DNA of 64,000 nucleotides from Cystobasidiomycetes sp. EMM_F5 (Eukaryota): NCBI GenBank assembly GCA_051047955.1, contig JBPGPT010000004.1, positions 434,001 to 498,000 of the forward strand, read 5' to 3'. Shown piece by piece: positions 61,875 to 64,000 of this stretch (position 1 is its first letter; each line of letters starts with the position of its first letter). The notes under the pieces were generated by a model. It saw only the letters and a program-made list of their open reading frames with translations, ran no database searches and was not told where the DNA came from. The position numbers and the translations under genes were made by a program.

Positions 61875-63847
61875 TCAATGGAGGTGAAGCGGAATGATCA
61901 TTGATGTGTTGAGAGGTGTGCGACAAATGGCTGCGTGCACACCAACCATATTAGCAAAAAACGTAGCAAAAAACGATTTGGTCGGCATGAGAGTAGCGGG
62001 GTAACTTACGACATTCTGCTTTTGTATTGCGAATATACTGAAGGATACATGGACCGCAAAAAACGTGTCCACAGGCTGTAGCTAGCACTTCGCCTTTGCG
62101 CCACAGCGGGGAGATGCAAATTGCACATTCTGGTGCAGTTGTTATTCGCTTGACTGGAGGTGCGGACGTCCGCTTCTCGTCTACAATAGACGGCATGCAA
62201 CGCGATGACAATGCTTGCTTGTCTGACTGCGTGTTGTCGCGTTGAGCTGTGTTTTCGTCCGCCAGAGACCGAGCATCCGTCGCCGCAGCGTGTGACCCAG
62301 TAGACTCGTTGGACGATTTCTTCTTGCTCCTGTGGCGCGGACTGGATGGTTCGAGCGGAGCAGGCAGGCCAGGGACGACAAACTTTGGCTTGACGAGGGA
62401 CGACGGTGGAGCTTCTTCTAGTGCTAGCGGCGGAATATCATCGATATCGGACTCGGTGCGGGCAGACAATTTCTTGAGCGCTTCCATTAGTCCAAGCTCG
62501 GGAGATAGCTGCGACGGAGGAGCGTGCCACCACCGACGCGCATCCAATTCTGGTCTGCTTGACAAGTCACGGGAATGCGACATAGACGAAGCGGCTGCAG
62601 TTCCACCATCGAGACACCTGCTTCCGCTGTGATGATCAGATGATTGCCGCTGCCTCGCATAAGCCTCGGTACGCTTGATCCGCTGCACGTCTTTCTGATG
62701 GTCTGCCCAGATCTGCAGCAAACTTCGCGCTCCGTAAATGGTATCAACTGGGCGGCAAGGCACGTTTTGAGCAATGTGCTAAGCCAGGCATACGGAACGT
62801 CAGCTGAAACTTCACCACACCTATGGGCTGTGAACGGCGCACCATCTGATAATCACTGAACCTGTCATAGTCAGTTGAGCAGCTTCTGCAGAAATACAGG
62901 TGTTCGCGAGCGTTGCAAAGGTGACGATACAGCTTGTCGTGGGTGGGAAAATGGCGGCGACATTTCTCACAAAACGTCTGATATCGATCGTAGCAGAAAC
63001 AGCGTGGAGCAGGCATGAAAATTGGCGCATCGATTGGCGCAGTATGCTTCACTTGCGATTGGGATGGATTGTAGGCGTCATTTTCGGGTCGTAGTCGAGG
63101 GAGCATATCGCGCTTTGAATCATTATGATCGCGTTCATCTGTCAGCGTGAGATGCCCAGCCATAGGAGACAAGCGGTTATTCGGCTGGCGTCGCTGTTCT
63201 TGCTGCTGACAGCTGTCGTACTTGGTATGTAACCTCAAATCCACCTCACTCGCAAATGGCTTGCCACAGGATTCACACCACGAGGGAGTATACTCGTACG
63301 GGAGACGTGATGAAGTTTGAAAGCGCTGAGACGACGGTCCTGCCTGAGAGTATGTATTCCAGCCGTTTCCTCCTGACTCCAGTGACGGGGCCGGGGTAGC
63401 TTTTGCCTTGCCCTTACCATTGCCCTTACCAGTATCCTCGACATAACCGCGTTTGCCTTCGATGGCTTCCGCGTACGGCGGCGGATCATCTTCGCTACTC
63501 AGGCGAGCGTCATGTAGTCTATCGTATCCATCATACGGCAGATGGGTAGCCGAGCGAGGCGTGTCGGCCTGTGTCTGCGTGTACCATGACCAAGGGTCTC
63601 TTGCTCGCTGTATCATAGCCACATGATGTCCTGGCGACTGGGTGACGGACGGCACCTCTGTACGACTGGGCGAAACTTGCATGCCAGCTGCCTTCACCAT
63701 CCCAATGCCTCGGGGTGCCGGTGCGAGGCTAGTCAAGGTCGTATGAAAGGAATGATCAGATGAGCAATCAGACCGAGTCGGTGAAGATGGTCGGACCGGC
63801 GCTGCCTTCTCGCTTGGACGGGTGGCACGTGAGGATTGACTATGCAT
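61875..63847 (-). CDS. C2H2-like zinc finger plus C-terminal RING-HC E3 ligase, multi-exon; start uncertain
   Basis: CESCGKPF...H, CEKCRRHF...H and CRSC motifs; RING CAICISP...ACGHVFCGPCI...EC|PICR. Confidence 0.8.
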
Positions 63848-64000
63848 AAAATGGGAAAGAGTTGCATGTTGTAAGTTCGACGACGTAGTTTCAATGGCCT
63901 TCCAGGAAGCAGAGTCTCTGACTGAGCGAGGTTTCTCTGCATGGCGGGATTGTGACTTTGCGTTTAAGCGAGCAGGCGATGACTCAACGCTGCCTTGCGT

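Overview
Eukaryotic, gene-dense fungal DNA: short GT-AG introns of about 50-100 nt with CTRAY branch sites, and intergenic gaps often near 100 bp. The gene set fits a compact-genome basidiomycete; a Mixia-like Pucciniomycotina is an inference only. Recognisable core genes are NADPH oxidase NoxB, BiP/KAR2, translin, a cation/H+ antiporter, an M13 neprilysin-like peptidase, U2A', septin CDC3, a PRELI/Ups protein, PFS2/WDR33, LCB1, SES1, RRP14/SURF6, ALG13, an FAH-family hydrolase, MRP20, SDA1, a Vps3/TGFBRAP1-like CNH protein, a GNAT and a RING/zinc-finger protein. Two accessory islands are embedded among them. The first (3.9-11 kb) is a head-to-tail array of five intronless divergent F-box-like/LRR-like genes, including a recent 1.45-kb tandem duplication. 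The second (33-40.6 kb) has three more members of that family, one apparently decayed, interleaved with three paralogous small secreted Cys-rich proteins. There is also a secreted Kex2-processed repeat-peptide precursor at 21.7 kb, whose upstream region shares a 25-bp CCG/CGG-rich element with one of the secreted-protein genes. No tRNA, rRNA, CRISPR array or transposon was recognised. Exon boundaries were read by eye and are provisional.
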